From positions 27,434 through 91,433 of IMG/VR virus record IMGVR_UViG_3300030090_006322: 64,000 bases of DNA; one strand, given 5' to 3'. The notes under the pieces are model-generated. The model was given only the letters and a program-made list of their open reading frames with translations. It did no database searches and had not been told where the DNA came from. The stretch comes from a virus. The position numbers and the translations under genes are program-made. Below are positions 41,281 through 51,183 of this stretch, piece after piece (the first letter of the stretch is position 1; each line of letters begins with the position of its first letter).

Positions 41281-42771
41281 TTAAGAAATTTCAATGTTTT
41301 CGCGGGAAAAAGCTGATTTAAACTTATCGCGCAAAGAGGGTTCTTCAGATGCAGTAGCCTCATTTGCATTAGAGATTTCTGCATCTACAGTTTCAGCAGC
41401 ATCAAGAGCTTCTTCAATTTCTACTTCTTCAGTAGAAGCGTTGGAAAGCTTTTTAGCTACTTCTTCATCAATACGAGCTTGGATTTGAGCATTGAACTCT
41501 TCTTGAACTTCTTTGTTTTTGTGCTTCCAAAGCACATCAAGTTTAGAAGCAAAAGCCTCGTAAGAATCGTCGTCTCCTAAACCTTTAAGTTCGGAAGCAA
41601 GAAATTCACGGTCTTGATCGTCGAGATCAAACTTGTTGTCAATTTCATCCATACGAGTGTTAAACGAAGCGACAGCTTCTTGAGCTTTTTTCTCGTTTTC
41701 AAAACCAGAAATGCGCTCACTAGCAGCACCAAGTTTTTCCTCTAGCTCTGCGACAGAGGCTTTGAGGTCTTCGTATTCTTTAATTTTACCTTCTTTCTCT
41801 AATCTCTCTGCTTCAAGATCCTTACGGTACTGTTCGTCCCGCTGACGGATTGCATCTGCAAAGGTATCAGTCATAGAAGCGACAGCTTCCTTGGAGAATT
41901 TCTTCTCGTTAAGAAGATCCTTTAGTTCTTTTAGAGTATTTTCAAGTTCCATATCAATGATGTTCTTTTGTGTGTTTACATTTAAATTATTATTTTGTGA
42001 AATTTTATCCCTCTTATCATTTATAAAAATTTGAGTTTTTTCAGGAGGTTTCGAATATAGACCTTTCACATCTGCTGCTGGATTTAATGTATAAGCGATG
42101 CCTAACGGGTATATATCACCCATGATTAATCTGTTTATTTTCTCTCCTTTATCGGTCTTACCATTACCGCCATAACTCCTTAAATTACCTTGCAATTTAG
42201 CTATTTCTTCAGGATCAGATATAATTCTAGCCTCACTTAATTTGTCACTGCCCACAGCTAAAACATAACTATTAAATCCTACCTCCCAGCTAGCGGAAAC
42301 TTTCTGATATTGGTCACTTTCACTATCTAAAGAATTTTTTACTAAATTTGTGAAATTAGGATTAATTGTTTTATAAAGAACAGCTCCTAGAGAAATATTA
42401 AAAGGCTCTCTAAGGGTTTTTACCTCTTCTTCGCCCATTAGCTCACTTGAGCCAAACTTGCTGTATCCAGCAGAAACAATATGCCCTACTACTTTTTGTT
42501 TATCATGCTCTATGTTTGTAGGCTTATGAATAAACTTATTAGTATATTTTACGGCTGTAGACGTATCCATCCCATCGCCGTTTTTATTAAATTGATTAAT
42601 TACAGCAGCATTAAAAGCTACACCCATTAAATCTACATTTTCGTCGTAATCTATATCGCTCGGGACTAAAGGTTCTAAATTTTCTAAAGAAGCCTTAGAT
42701 ATCAAAGAAGCCTCATTTATTTCGCAAGGAAGTAAAGGGGCTTCAAATGTAGTGGTGTATTTGTAATCCAT
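41281..42771 (-). CDS. prohead protease-scaffold fusion
   Basis: NKNGD, KPTNIEH..VVGHI, SASWEV, NPAAD; acidic coiled-coil C-terminal half. Confidence 0.7.
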   Translation of the reverse strand: MDYKYTTTFEAPLLPCEINEASLISKASLENLEPLVPSDIDYDENVDLMGVAFNAAVINQFNKNGDGMDTSTAVKYTNKFIHKPTNIEHDKQKVVGHIVSAGYSKFGSSELMGEEEVKTLREPFNISLGAVLYKTINPNFTNLVKNSLDSESDQYQKVSASWEVGFNSYVLAVGSDKLSEARIISDPEEIAKLQGNLRSYGGNGKTDKGEKINRLIMGDIYPLGIAYTLNPAADVKGLYSKPPEKTQIFINDKRDKISQNNNLNVNTQKNIIDMELENTLKELKDLLNEKKFSKEAVASMTDTFADAIRQRDEQYRKDLEAERLEKEGKIKEYEDLKASVAELEEKLGAASERISGFENEKKAQEAVASFNTRMDEIDNKFDLDDQDREFLASELKGLGDDDSYEAFASKLDVLWKHKNKEVQEEFNAQIQARIDEEVAKKLSNASTEEVEIEEALDAAETVDAEISNANEATASEEPSLRDKFKSAFSRENIEIS

Positions 42772-42986
42772 TATTTTTTATCCATCCAGCTTTTGGGTAG
42801 AGCGCTTTCTGCTCCTATTTTTTTAGCTCTTTTAGTTAGTTTGCTTTTAAACTCCTCAAAACTCATTGGGCCTTCATATCTGCCCCAACTACTCACTGCA
42901 TTTTTTACATCCCTAGCAGATAAAACGGGGAAAGACCTCCTTTTGGGGTCAAGAAAGTCGCTATCTTTTAGCTCGCTTCTTTTTTT
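42771..42986 (-). CDS. 71-codon frame lacking its own start, reached by frameshift at an A9 run (not in ORF track)
   Basis: KRSELKDSDFLDPKRRSFPV..GRY..RAKKIG..LPKSW; its stop overlaps the protease ATG (TAATG). Confidence 0.7.
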   Translation of the reverse strand, partial: KKRSELKDSDFLDPKRRSFPVLSARDVKNAVSSWGRYEGPMSFEEFKSKLTKRAKKIGAESALPKSWMDKK

Positions 42987-43525
42987 TTACCATACCTTTC
43001 GGCAGCGATATCAGTAAGCATTTGAGCGTAAGTCATTTTCTTACCGTTTTTGTCCTTATCTTTATGCATACTCTTGGACTCTTTTTTGTCTTTGCGGAGC
43101 ATTTCGAAATCCTCTTTTGAAATCTTTCCATCCTTGTTTTTATCAAGACCGCTTTTCTGCTTGGGGGTCATATCTGCCTCCATTTTCTTTTTGCCATTTT
43201 TATAAGCAGCTTTTGTGTCTTTTTCCTTGCCATAATGACCAGCCTTCATTTTCTTTTCAGACTCCTTATCAAACTTCATATCTTTCTTAAGAGCTTTCTT
43301 TTCAGCGTCTTTTTTCTCTGAAGGCGCACCCTTATCCAGCTTTTTCATTTTGCTCTTGTCATCCTTGACAGCATCTTTCTCATGTTCGACTTTCTCTTTT
43401 TTAGTGTCGCGCTTGAGTTCTTTTGTATCAATTTTATCATATTGCTGCTTTGTCATGGCAGCTTCAATCTCCTCGGCAGAGATAGATACTTCGATTTCGT
43501 TAGAGTGAAAATTACTGTTTTTCAT
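42968..43525 (-). CDS. Lys/Asp/Glu-rich low-complexity protein with EF-hand-like motif
   Basis: LDKNKDGKISKEDF. Confidence 0.7.
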   Translation of the reverse strand: MKNSNFHSNEIEVSISAEEIEAAMTKQQYDKIDTKELKRDTKKEKVEHEKDAVKDDKSKMKKLDKGAPSEKKDAEKKALKKDMKFDKESEKKMKAGHYGKEKDTKAAYKNGKKKMEADMTPKQKSGLDKNKDGKISKEDFEMLRKDKKESKSMHKDKDKNGKKMTYAQMLTDIAAERYGKKKEAS

Positions 43526-45470
43526 GGCTGTGATATAAAATGGCTGCTGGATATGTTTCTAAAGTATGTTGTGCTGAAATATCTAAAACTTCTTTTAAAG
43601 TATTTAAATTTTCAATTTCGTTAAAATCCTTTACACATGATTCTAGCGTTTCGCCCCAATATTCTTTCTCATTAGAGCAAACTATAGATTCACATAGATT
43701 AGAAACCATTTCTTCTTGAGCTTCACTAAGTTCAGAAATCTTTAAATGAGATGTCATTTTTTCTTTTGCATCATGAATCAAATTATCAATTTCATATATG
43801 GTTTTTTGAATATTAGCTCTAGAATATGTAGCATTTGCTAAAGGGATATCTGTAGTGCCTTCTGGTCTACCAGCGGTCTTCCTTGGGCCTTTTGCTTTTC
43901 CATCAGGAGAATAAACTGGCACTCCTCCAACAATTGGATTGTAATAGCCTTTTTCTCTATCTTCTAAAAACTCTTGTTGTGCCTTATCCAGTTTATCTGG
44001 CTCTGGGAACTTGCCATTATGGAACATTTCCATTCCTTGCTCTGGAGTAATGATACCAAGCTCCATCAGACGAGTAGAAGCTCTCATCAGTTGAACTTCG
44101 TCCCTCATATCAATATCTTTCATCTTTGCCTCGGGCCATGAACGGAAACCTAAATCTTTAGCTATTCTTTTAATTTCTTTGTTTAAAAAATCATTTAAAA
44201 AGCCATAACGAGACTCTTGTAATCTATCAATAAAGATTTGGGCTTTAACCTGTGTAGAGTTGAACTTTTCCTCACCTACAACAATGTTTTGTAAACCCTG
44301 CTTGATATCTTCGTTTAGTATTTGATACTTTTGTGGTCCCAGAACCAAATTAAGCTCTGGTATAATAAATTCAGCTTTTGTAGTATAATCCGAAACTAAA
44401 ACCCTACCCACACTCTCATTCTTGAAAAGGTTTTGCATGGCGACCATGTTATTAGGGTTGACCCCTCCCTTTTCAGGATCAGCCCCCATAGTGATAAGTA
44501 AAATAACATTTTCTACAGTCCTCGTAATAGCTTGATCCATTTTCTTTAATTCCATCTTTGCATTGATGTCCTCAAGAACTGGAAAACCAAAAGGAACAGC
44601 GAATGGCTCATAGTCTTGTTTTTTATAAAAAGAATAAGACAACCTTGTAGGGTCTAGGTTTATTTTTATTCCCTTGTTACTATAAGAGCCTTTTTGAATT
44701 GATTCTTTTATTTCTGGATCTAAAGCTTCAAATATAGCCAGATCCTCTTCTGTTTGTGGGCTACCAAGTCTAGCTATTTCGTATTCAGACAATACTTTTT
44801 GATATACTCCACCAGTAGTAAACGTGGTAGATCTTCTTGCTATAACATCATATGGATTTAAAAGAATATATTTTAAAGGTATTTTATTAGTTGCAGCCCC
44901 TATTGTCCCCACTTGATTAATTAACCTAGCGTAATCATCAGCTTTAAATTTACCATCTATCCTATACAGAAAAATATTTCCACTTCTGTAATACTCTCTA
45001 AAATACTGATCTTTTAGAGCGATAATATTAATTTTTTTAAACCACTCGTAAAAAAACTCTCTGCTTTTTCTGCTTCCTCCCTCTAGGTAAATATCAGTGT
45101 TTGTGAACTCTGACATAATATCTATAGCGTTTCTAAACACTGCCACGTTACAATACGCCTTTTGGCAAAGCTCAATAGCGTCTCTACAGGTAATCCCATC
45201 AGAACCATATTCGTAAGGAAGTAATCCTCTACGGATGCTAGAAAACCTTTCTTTTTGTGTTACGTACGCGGCCCTGTTTGTCCTACTCCCCGCAAACGGA
45301 CTTTGTGAAGCCGCTTGCCTCCTAGCCTCTGATATAGCGGTATAAGATGCATCGGAAGTATAAAAAGGCTCGCCCAGCAGTTCTGGAGAAGGCTCTTCTC
45401 CATCAGTCTGTGATGGGTGATTAAATTTGTTCCAATATTCAGAACGCTTGGTATATTTTCTTTTAGCCAT
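43512..45470 (-). CDS. portal protein
   Basis: 652 aa directly downstream of terminase; VFRNAIDIM, YYRSGNIF. Confidence 0.78.
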   Translation of the reverse strand: MAKRKYTKRSEYWNKFNHPSQTDGEEPSPELLGEPFYTSDASYTAISEARRQAASQSPFAGSRTNRAAYVTQKERFSSIRRGLLPYEYGSDGITCRDAIELCQKAYCNVAVFRNAIDIMSEFTNTDIYLEGGSRKSREFFYEWFKKINIIALKDQYFREYYRSGNIFLYRIDGKFKADDYARLINQVGTIGAATNKIPLKYILLNPYDVIARRSTTFTTGGVYQKVLSEYEIARLGSPQTEEDLAIFEALDPEIKESIQKGSYSNKGIKINLDPTRLSYSFYKKQDYEPFAVPFGFPVLEDINAKMELKKMDQAITRTVENVILLITMGADPEKGGVNPNNMVAMQNLFKNESVGRVLVSDYTTKAEFIIPELNLVLGPQKYQILNEDIKQGLQNIVVGEEKFNSTQVKAQIFIDRLQESRYGFLNDFLNKEIKRIAKDLGFRSWPEAKMKDIDMRDEVQLMRASTRLMELGIITPEQGMEMFHNGKFPEPDKLDKAQQEFLEDREKGYYNPIVGGVPVYSPDGKAKGPRKTAGRPEGTTDIPLANATYSRANIQKTIYEIDNLIHDAKEKMTSHLKISELSEAQEEMVSNLCESIVCSNEKEYWGETLESCVKDFNEIENLNTLKEVLDISAQHTLETYPAAILYHSHEKQ

Positions 45471-45518
45471 AAATATAATTTATTTTACACTCCAAAGTTA
45501 ACTTTCAACTTTTAAAAG

Positions 45519-47384
45519 TTAAGAAATAAACATCGGGGTAAATGTAGTCTGGACATTTGATATATCCTCCGACTCCATATCATAGAAAATGTTCATCATC
45601 CAATTTCCTAAAACCAATGCAGAGTATGAGTCTTTTCTAGCTTTATCTGCGCCACTTTGCTTTCTTAGGTTGGGTGGTAAATCAAAGCTTTGAGTTCCTT
45701 GAACAGATGTCGTGATTTGTATCAAAGCGCATTGCACTTTAATTAAATCCATCATATCCTTTTGATGCTCTACGAAATCAATCATTCTAGCACCTTTACC
45801 ACCTTTTTCATTGGGGTCGTTTCTAATAAACTTTAATTGTTCGATAGGGACTCTAGATTTTCTTTGATTGTTATAATCATCATTCATAGCCGCCCCAGCG
45901 AAGAATATTCTCTTGTGATCAAAAGCTGACTGTAAAGATTCGTTAGCTAACCTAATCCAAGCTGAAGTAGGTTTCCTAAGAAACACAAAATTCTTTTCTG
46001 ACTTGTTATATTGATTTTTAAGCCTTCTTAAGTTTTTATCATAATCTTTTGATTTATCTAAATCAGCTTCTATGACTCCAAGCTTCAAATTTCTTTTTTT
46101 GAATATTTCACTCTCGTTACAAGAATTAACAAATTGAACACCACCGTTATAGTCGCCCACAACAGCAGATATGTTAAAATGAGTGAGTATATATGCCATA
46201 TACTTTATGTGAGTCTTTAAACTAGCTCCAGAGAGAGCATAACTATGAACAATAGTTCCTTTTCTAGTATCACGATTCAACTTAATCAACAGCATCGCAA
46301 AATCATCTGAACTTTCACTTTCAGACCAAGAGGGGTCAAAAGCTAACAAATATTCGTCTTTAGGATTACCTATGACCTCCACGCACTGACCCTCGCCATC
46401 GGGAAGAGTACAAGCAGCCATTTTGCTCACCTTAAAGTATCCAGAGCTGTCATCTGTAAATATAGCCCCAAACTCTCTATCGAATTGCGAGTCACTCATT
46501 GTGGACTTTGATTGATTTATTAAACTTTGATCGTAAAGTTGTTCTGGGGCGCAATCATAACTAAAATGCATAATAGTTCTATGCGCTCCATCTTGTTTGT
46601 TCTCGTTTAGAATAAGGGCTTCATATTGCTGATATATCTTGTAAAGGTATTCGAATTTGTAAGAGGCTGATGATAAACCAATAATTTTGTTGTTTGGCCA
46701 TATCTTCCTATCCTCTTCTTTCATTTTACCCTGCTCAATCATCTGGGTCTCTAGGTCATAAACTTCTTGACGCTCGGTAGGGTTTTCTACGACAGAGAGG
46801 AATGGTATAATAACCTCATTGTAAATTTTTTCAGGCATCAGCAATAACTCATCGATGATCATTCTTTGGAATCTAAAACCCCTCAATTTTTCTCCATCTC
46901 CCAAAGGCAATGCTCTTATACTGCTTCTTCCTATCTCCATGACCCACTCATCGTTCATTTTAGAAACTCTAGTTATACATTGAGAAAAGAAGGTCGCCTT
47001 CGGACTTTTGGCAATGTCTTCTATCTTCTTAAAGATCATTTTAGATTGCCTAAATGACTTAGACAAAATACCTATCTGGACACCCTGATTTAAAATAGCG
47101 TCTAATAGCGCGAAAACGCCCGTAGAGAAGCTTTTAGACATACCCCGACTCCATATGCCTAAAAAGTAATCGGACTCCATCATCGCCTTAATAGCCATGT
47201 GCTGGAAAGGGAATAATTTTACCCCCGTAAACAACTCACAAGCAAAAGACGGATTTTCTCTTAAAAACTTATAAAGCAAAATTTTTGCTTCAGTTTCTTC
47301 TATAAACCCCTCTTTTCCGAGAATGTGTTTGTTTATATCCTTGTACTTTCGGTTTAGTTTCTGTTGTCCTGTTTCCCAAGCCAT
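45519..47384 (-). CDS. terL: terminase large subunit
   Basis: LFPFQ, SRGMSKS, LRGFR..MIIDE, LSSA, REFGAIF, LAFDPS, KDSYSA. Confidence 0.9.
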   Translation of the reverse strand: MAWETGQQKLNRKYKDINKHILGKEGFIEETEAKILLYKFLRENPSFACELFTGVKLFPFQHMAIKAMMESDYFLGIWSRGMSKSFSTGVFALLDAILNQGVQIGILSKSFRQSKMIFKKIEDIAKSPKATFFSQCITRVSKMNDEWVMEIGRSSIRALPLGDGEKLRGFRFQRMIIDELLLMPEKIYNEVIIPFLSVVENPTERQEVYDLETQMIEQGKMKEEDRKIWPNNKIIGLSSASYKFEYLYKIYQQYEALILNENKQDGAHRTIMHFSYDCAPEQLYDQSLINQSKSTMSDSQFDREFGAIFTDDSSGYFKVSKMAACTLPDGEGQCVEVIGNPKDEYLLAFDPSWSESESSDDFAMLLIKLNRDTRKGTIVHSYALSGASLKTHIKYMAYILTHFNISAVVGDYNGGVQFVNSCNESEIFKKRNLKLGVIEADLDKSKDYDKNLRRLKNQYNKSEKNFVFLRKPTSAWIRLANESLQSAFDHKRIFFAGAAMNDDYNNQRKSRVPIEQLKFIRNDPNEKGGKGARMIDFVEHQKDMMDLIKVQCALIQITTSVQGTQSFDLPPNLRKQSGADKARKDSYSALVLGNWMMNIFYDMESEDISNVQTTFTPMFIS

Positions 47385-48300
47385 CTTTTTTTAATTGTTT
47401 GTCCCAAAAATATTGTAGGTCTACCTCCCAGAGTTTCGTGCCTAAAACAAGAATTTTAGGTATCAGCTCTTCGCTCTTTTGTCTTGAGCCGCTAAACACA
47501 AATTGACAACAATCTGTATAGTTAGCTTGGATCTCTCTCATTCTATGGTAAACATAATCTAGTTTAAATTTTTTGTAGACACGCCTATTTACTGCCCACA
47601 TCTTATCAAAAGCTGTTTCTGTAACTACATATAAGTAACAACCCATTGTTCGGCACCTCTCTAACTCTTTTATAAATCGGTTGTAACCATTTGTTATGGT
47701 TGAGCAAAAATCCTGGTAAGATTTCCTATCCACGAATGTATAGTCATATAAATCTCCCCCAACCGCATAATCGCCCACATCCAACTTTAACAATTCAGAA
47801 TTGTTGAAATGCAGTGGCTTTTGTTCTCTTGTATCTATTAGAATCGGCGTGTTTGAATAATCTTTATTGAATTGCTTTGGCAACGCTTTAGAAAGCATAG
47901 GCTTCATCTGCAATTGTTTGCATGTGTCTTTGTAGCTGCCAAAGACCTCTTTACATAAGTCTATATCTGGTAGATTGCTTGTTTGCAGATAAGTAGAGGG
48001 TGGACCAGCAGTTATGCCCTTGGCTTGTAGTTTTTTTTGTAAAGCTGTTACAATGAAATCTTTAACGTCTTCTTTCGGTGCCTGTTTGCACCATTTGTTC
48101 ATATTTCTTTTGTTTATGAACTCTGTAGAAAAATACTGCTTATAATTTTTAAAAGGTATCAACTCTCCAGTTAGCTTATCTTTTCTTTGATAGCTCTCCA
48201 CATAGTAATCTCCTAAAAGCTTATCGTGCTTTTTGATGTGCGCGTGTAAGCTCCTCAATGAATCAAATGACTCCCCACATATTTTGCATTTAAATGACAT
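47290..48300 (-). CDS. C2H2 zinc finger plus ERCC4/XPF-like nuclease
   Basis: CKICG..HAHIKKH; IDTREQ..VGDY..DRKSYQDF. Confidence 0.75.
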   Translation of the reverse strand: MSFKCKICGESFDSLRSLHAHIKKHDKLLGDYYVESYQRKDKLTGELIPFKNYKQYFSTEFINKRNMNKWCKQAPKEDVKDFIVTALQKKLQAKGITAGPPSTYLQTSNLPDIDLCKEVFGSYKDTCKQLQMKPMLSKALPKQFNKDYSNTPILIDTREQKPLHFNNSELLKLDVGDYAVGGDLYDYTFVDRKSYQDFCSTITNGYNRFIKELERCRTMGCYLYVVTETAFDKMWAVNRRVYKKFKLDYVYHRMREIQANYTDCCQFVFSGSRQKSEELIPKILVLGTKLWEVDLQYFWDKQLKKDGLGNRTTETKPKVQGYKQTHSRKRGVYRRN

Positions 48301-49339
48301 CTTGCTGACCAATTCCTAATACTCTTGCTTTCCACTCTGCCATCCCCTCTAATCTTTCTGCTTCCTGCTTTACTGCCTCTTTTTGCATTTCTGCAATTCT
48401 TATCATTGTCTGCCTTTCTTCCTCTTCTTGAAAAAGCTGCACTATAGACAAAAACGAAGCGTTCTCTTTGTTTAGCTTTTTCATCCTCTCGCTTCTGTCC
48501 CCTTGAAGCTTCTTTGTTAGGTTCTCAATACGAGTTTCGCATTGATGATACTCTGAACTCTTGGTTTTGATAATTTCCGCAAGCCTGATAGACATTTCTT
48601 GCTGCTCATCTGCCTCATCAAACATACTGTTAAGTTTATTTAAGTGGGCGCTGATAACTTCTAGATTAATAACCTCTTTGCATACATTTAAATACAAATT
48701 AATTTCATCAGCAGTCAAATCTGGCTTGTCCCAAGTTAAACGCACAAATTCATGTTCAAACAGAACTCTATCCTCTTCATTTAAAAAATTGTTAATAATT
48801 TTTAGAAATCTTGAGTTAGAAAGGTTAACTCCGAGTTTTTCTACGCAAATTTGCTTTTGTCTGTTAAGTTTCGATTCATTTAACCCCAAACCAGTGGCAT
48901 CATTGATTTTTTTGATGATTCTGGATGAAGACTTCGGTGCAATGTATGAATTGAGAGCGCCTGAATCTTGAGATGGTAAAATGTCAGGATTAACCTCTCT
49001 GATTTCAGCTAACACAGCTCTTTGCTCTGCACTTAGAGGTCTGACAATTCTAGAAGGGAAAACAATTTTAGCTATCTCCAAAGAAGACATCCCTTCTTCT
49101 GCTTGTTGAATTATAAATTCTTTTTGTTCGTTTGTGAACTCTATGCTCTCTGCTGGAACTCTCCCCGTTGTTTTAAAGTCTATAGAGTTTTCTACCAAAA
49201 ACTTTCTAACAGCTCGCCCTTCTTTAGATCTTCCGTCTAAAGAGTCATCTTCAAAGCACTGCTTTGTCAGATCAATTAAGTTAGGAATTTTTGATGCGTT
49301 TTCCCTTAAAAAATCTTTCTGTTCTTTAGTTAGGTCCAT
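48290..49339 (-). CDS. hypothetical protein (HTH-like segments plus coiled coil); possible small terminase
   Basis: GMSSLEIAKIVF; position upstream of terL. Confidence 0.5.
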   Translation of the reverse strand: MDLTKEQKDFLRENASKIPNLIDLTKQCFEDDSLDGRSKEGRAVRKFLVENSIDFKTTGRVPAESIEFTNEQKEFIIQQAEEGMSSLEIAKIVFPSRIVRPLSAEQRAVLAEIREVNPDILPSQDSGALNSYIAPKSSSRIIKKINDATGLGLNESKLNRQKQICVEKLGVNLSNSRFLKIINNFLNEEDRVLFEHEFVRLTWDKPDLTADEINLYLNVCKEVINLEVISAHLNKLNSMFDEADEQQEMSIRLAEIIKTKSSEYHQCETRIENLTKKLQGDRSERMKKLNKENASFLSIVQLFQEEEERQTMIRIAEMQKEAVKQEAERLEGMAEWKARVLGIGQQDVI

Positions 49340-50000
49340 CTTCTATAATATCTTGGTCCCTTAGTATTTCCATAGCCACTTGTAGGAACTTCTTTTTTAA
49401 ATTCTTCACTTGTCTATAGCCAAGCTTTCTTTTTTGAGCGGATATTTTATAACCCATGAATTTAGCAACGTCCTCTTCATTATTTTTATCAAAGTAAAGC
49501 ATTCTGTAAGCAGTATAATGAATATTACTTAAACGGCGCTTCATCTCTCCATCCAACTTTTCTAAAGAAGAATTAAAGTCAAAATCAACATATTGTTTAC
49601 TTGTGACTTCTTTTACAAAATCTTCAGTAGATAATGGTATTTTTATTTCTAACGCGGCTTTTTTAGATTTTTCCCACTTTTGACAAATCGGGCATATTGA
49701 TGAATCATGATTTGAAAATTGATAATCTGGACACGGATTAACATAATTACCGTAATGGTTTCTTATGAGGTTGCGAATTTGATTAGATATAATTCTGCCA
49801 ATCCAAGGTTCAAGCGGTCTCTCTTGATCCCACATGTGCCATTTTCTAGAAATGTGAAGTTTGATGATTTGTTGAACATCATCAAAATCAAACCACCTGA
49901 CAGCATTTAACCTCCACTTATACTGCTGTCTTCTTATCGCGGCATCAATTACTTCAGAAAAGTCTTCGTATGTATAATCACCCTTCTTTTTTCTTTTCAT
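49326..50000 (-). CDS. ECF-like sigma factor
   Basis: FDDVQQ..KW..WDQERPLEPWIGRIISNQIRN; HTH MLYF..EEDVAKFMG. Confidence 0.7.
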   Translation of the reverse strand: MKRKKKGDYTYEDFSEVIDAAIRRQQYKWRLNAVRWFDFDDVQQIIKLHISRKWHMWDQERPLEPWIGRIISNQIRNLIRNHYGNYVNPCPDYQFSNHDSSICPICQKWEKSKKAALEIKIPLSTEDFVKEVTSKQYVDFDFNSSLEKLDGEMKRRLSNIHYTAYRMLYFDKNNEEDVAKFMGYKISAQKRKLGYRQVKNLKKKFLQVAMEILRDQDIIEDGPN

Positions 50001-50328
50001 CAATAAATTCATTAATAGATCTAGTCTTTCTCTTCCGAGGAGTCTCGGATTCAGGTGACTCTCCTATTAAGGAACCGAATGTCATAGGGCGCTTGTCTGA
50101 TGCTTGCACCTCCACTTCGATGCTAGAAATGTTAGGAACGCTTTCTGCATCCGTTTCGTCTTTAGAAATAATAACAGATTTTTCTAAAACAGGCATACCT
50201 GCCGAAGTGTTCGCTGTAGAGGTAGAAGCTAAAGAATTAAGTTGGATACCGCACTTTCCACAAAAGTTAGGTTTTGCATGAGCGTAAGAAATTTTTGTTC
50301 CGCAACTGTGACAAAATAGATGAGCCAT
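49978..50328 (-). CDS. zinc-ribbon protein
   Basis: FCHSCG..NFCGKCG. Confidence 0.75.
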   Translation of the reverse strand: MAHLFCHSCGTKISYAHAKPNFCGKCGIQLNSLASTSTANTSAGMPVLEKSVIISKDETDAESVPNISSIEVEVQASDKRPMTFGSLIGESPESETPRKRKTRSINEFIDEKKKEG

Positions 50329-50443
50329 ACTATATTTTATTTAATTAAAATAGTTTTTTCAAAAAAACAAGGCATGTGTCCTTTTTATCAGTAGCAGTTC
50401 GCCGCTTGCGCGTGACACTTTTTTCTTGCTTATATATATAATA

Positions 50444-51160
50444 TTACACTTCCTTACCTTTTTCTAACTTAGAAATGATAAACTTTAAAATTTTACTACG
50501 AACAATATCATTTCTGTTAAAAGAAAAGGAATGTATTCCGTTCTCTCTTGATTTGTCATCAGAGAAAATATCAAACATATCTTTGAAGCCAGTTTTACCG
50601 TTGATATCGCTTTGCATAAAGTCTCCGCATATAACTAACTTGGTGTCCTCACCAATTCTAGTTATCAAGGTAGTCAACTCTTTAAACGTAAAGTTTTGAG
50701 CTTCATCTGCCACGATTAACTTATTATTCCAGTTAGCTCCTCTTAAAAAGTTCACAGGGATTGCTGTGACCCTCTCTTTCTGTTTTAAGAAGGCTGTATC
50801 TCCCTCATGTATTATTTCTTCCAATTTATCGTATAAGGGCAACGTGAAAGGGTTGAACTTTTCAGACATATCTCCTGGTAGGCTACCCAAGCCTTTATCT
50901 GCGCTTTCGACAATACTTCTTATATAGAGAAGATCTTTTTCCTTATCTTCAGCCATTAAACGCAAACACCCATATAAAGACATGTATGTTTTACTAGAAC
51001 CTGCTGGACCAGACACAAACATGATTTTAACCTCTTCATCTAGCAACGTGGCTAGAAATTTGCGCTGATTTGGGGTAAATTTAAATTTCCTTTCCTTAAA
51101 CTTGATAGAGTGGAAAGTGTGAGGCTCTAAACGAAAATTAGACAATTTTTTAAGTGCCAT
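50444..51160 (-). CDS. phoH: PhoH-family ATPase
   Basis: GPAGSSKT, LGSLPG, FLRG, DEAQN, TRIG, GDFMQSD, DIVRS. Confidence 0.93.
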   Translation of the reverse strand: MALKKLSNFRLEPHTFHSIKFKERKFKFTPNQRKFLATLLDEEVKIMFVSGPAGSSKTYMSLYGCLRLMAEDKEKDLLYIRSIVESADKGLGSLPGDMSEKFNPFTLPLYDKLEEIIHEGDTAFLKQKERVTAIPVNFLRGANWNNKLIVADEAQNFTFKELTTLITRIGEDTKLVICGDFMQSDINGKTGFKDMFDIFSDDKSRENGIHSFSFNRNDIVRSKILKFIISKLEKGKEV

Positions 51161-51183
51161 ATGTAATATTAATTACACTTAAA

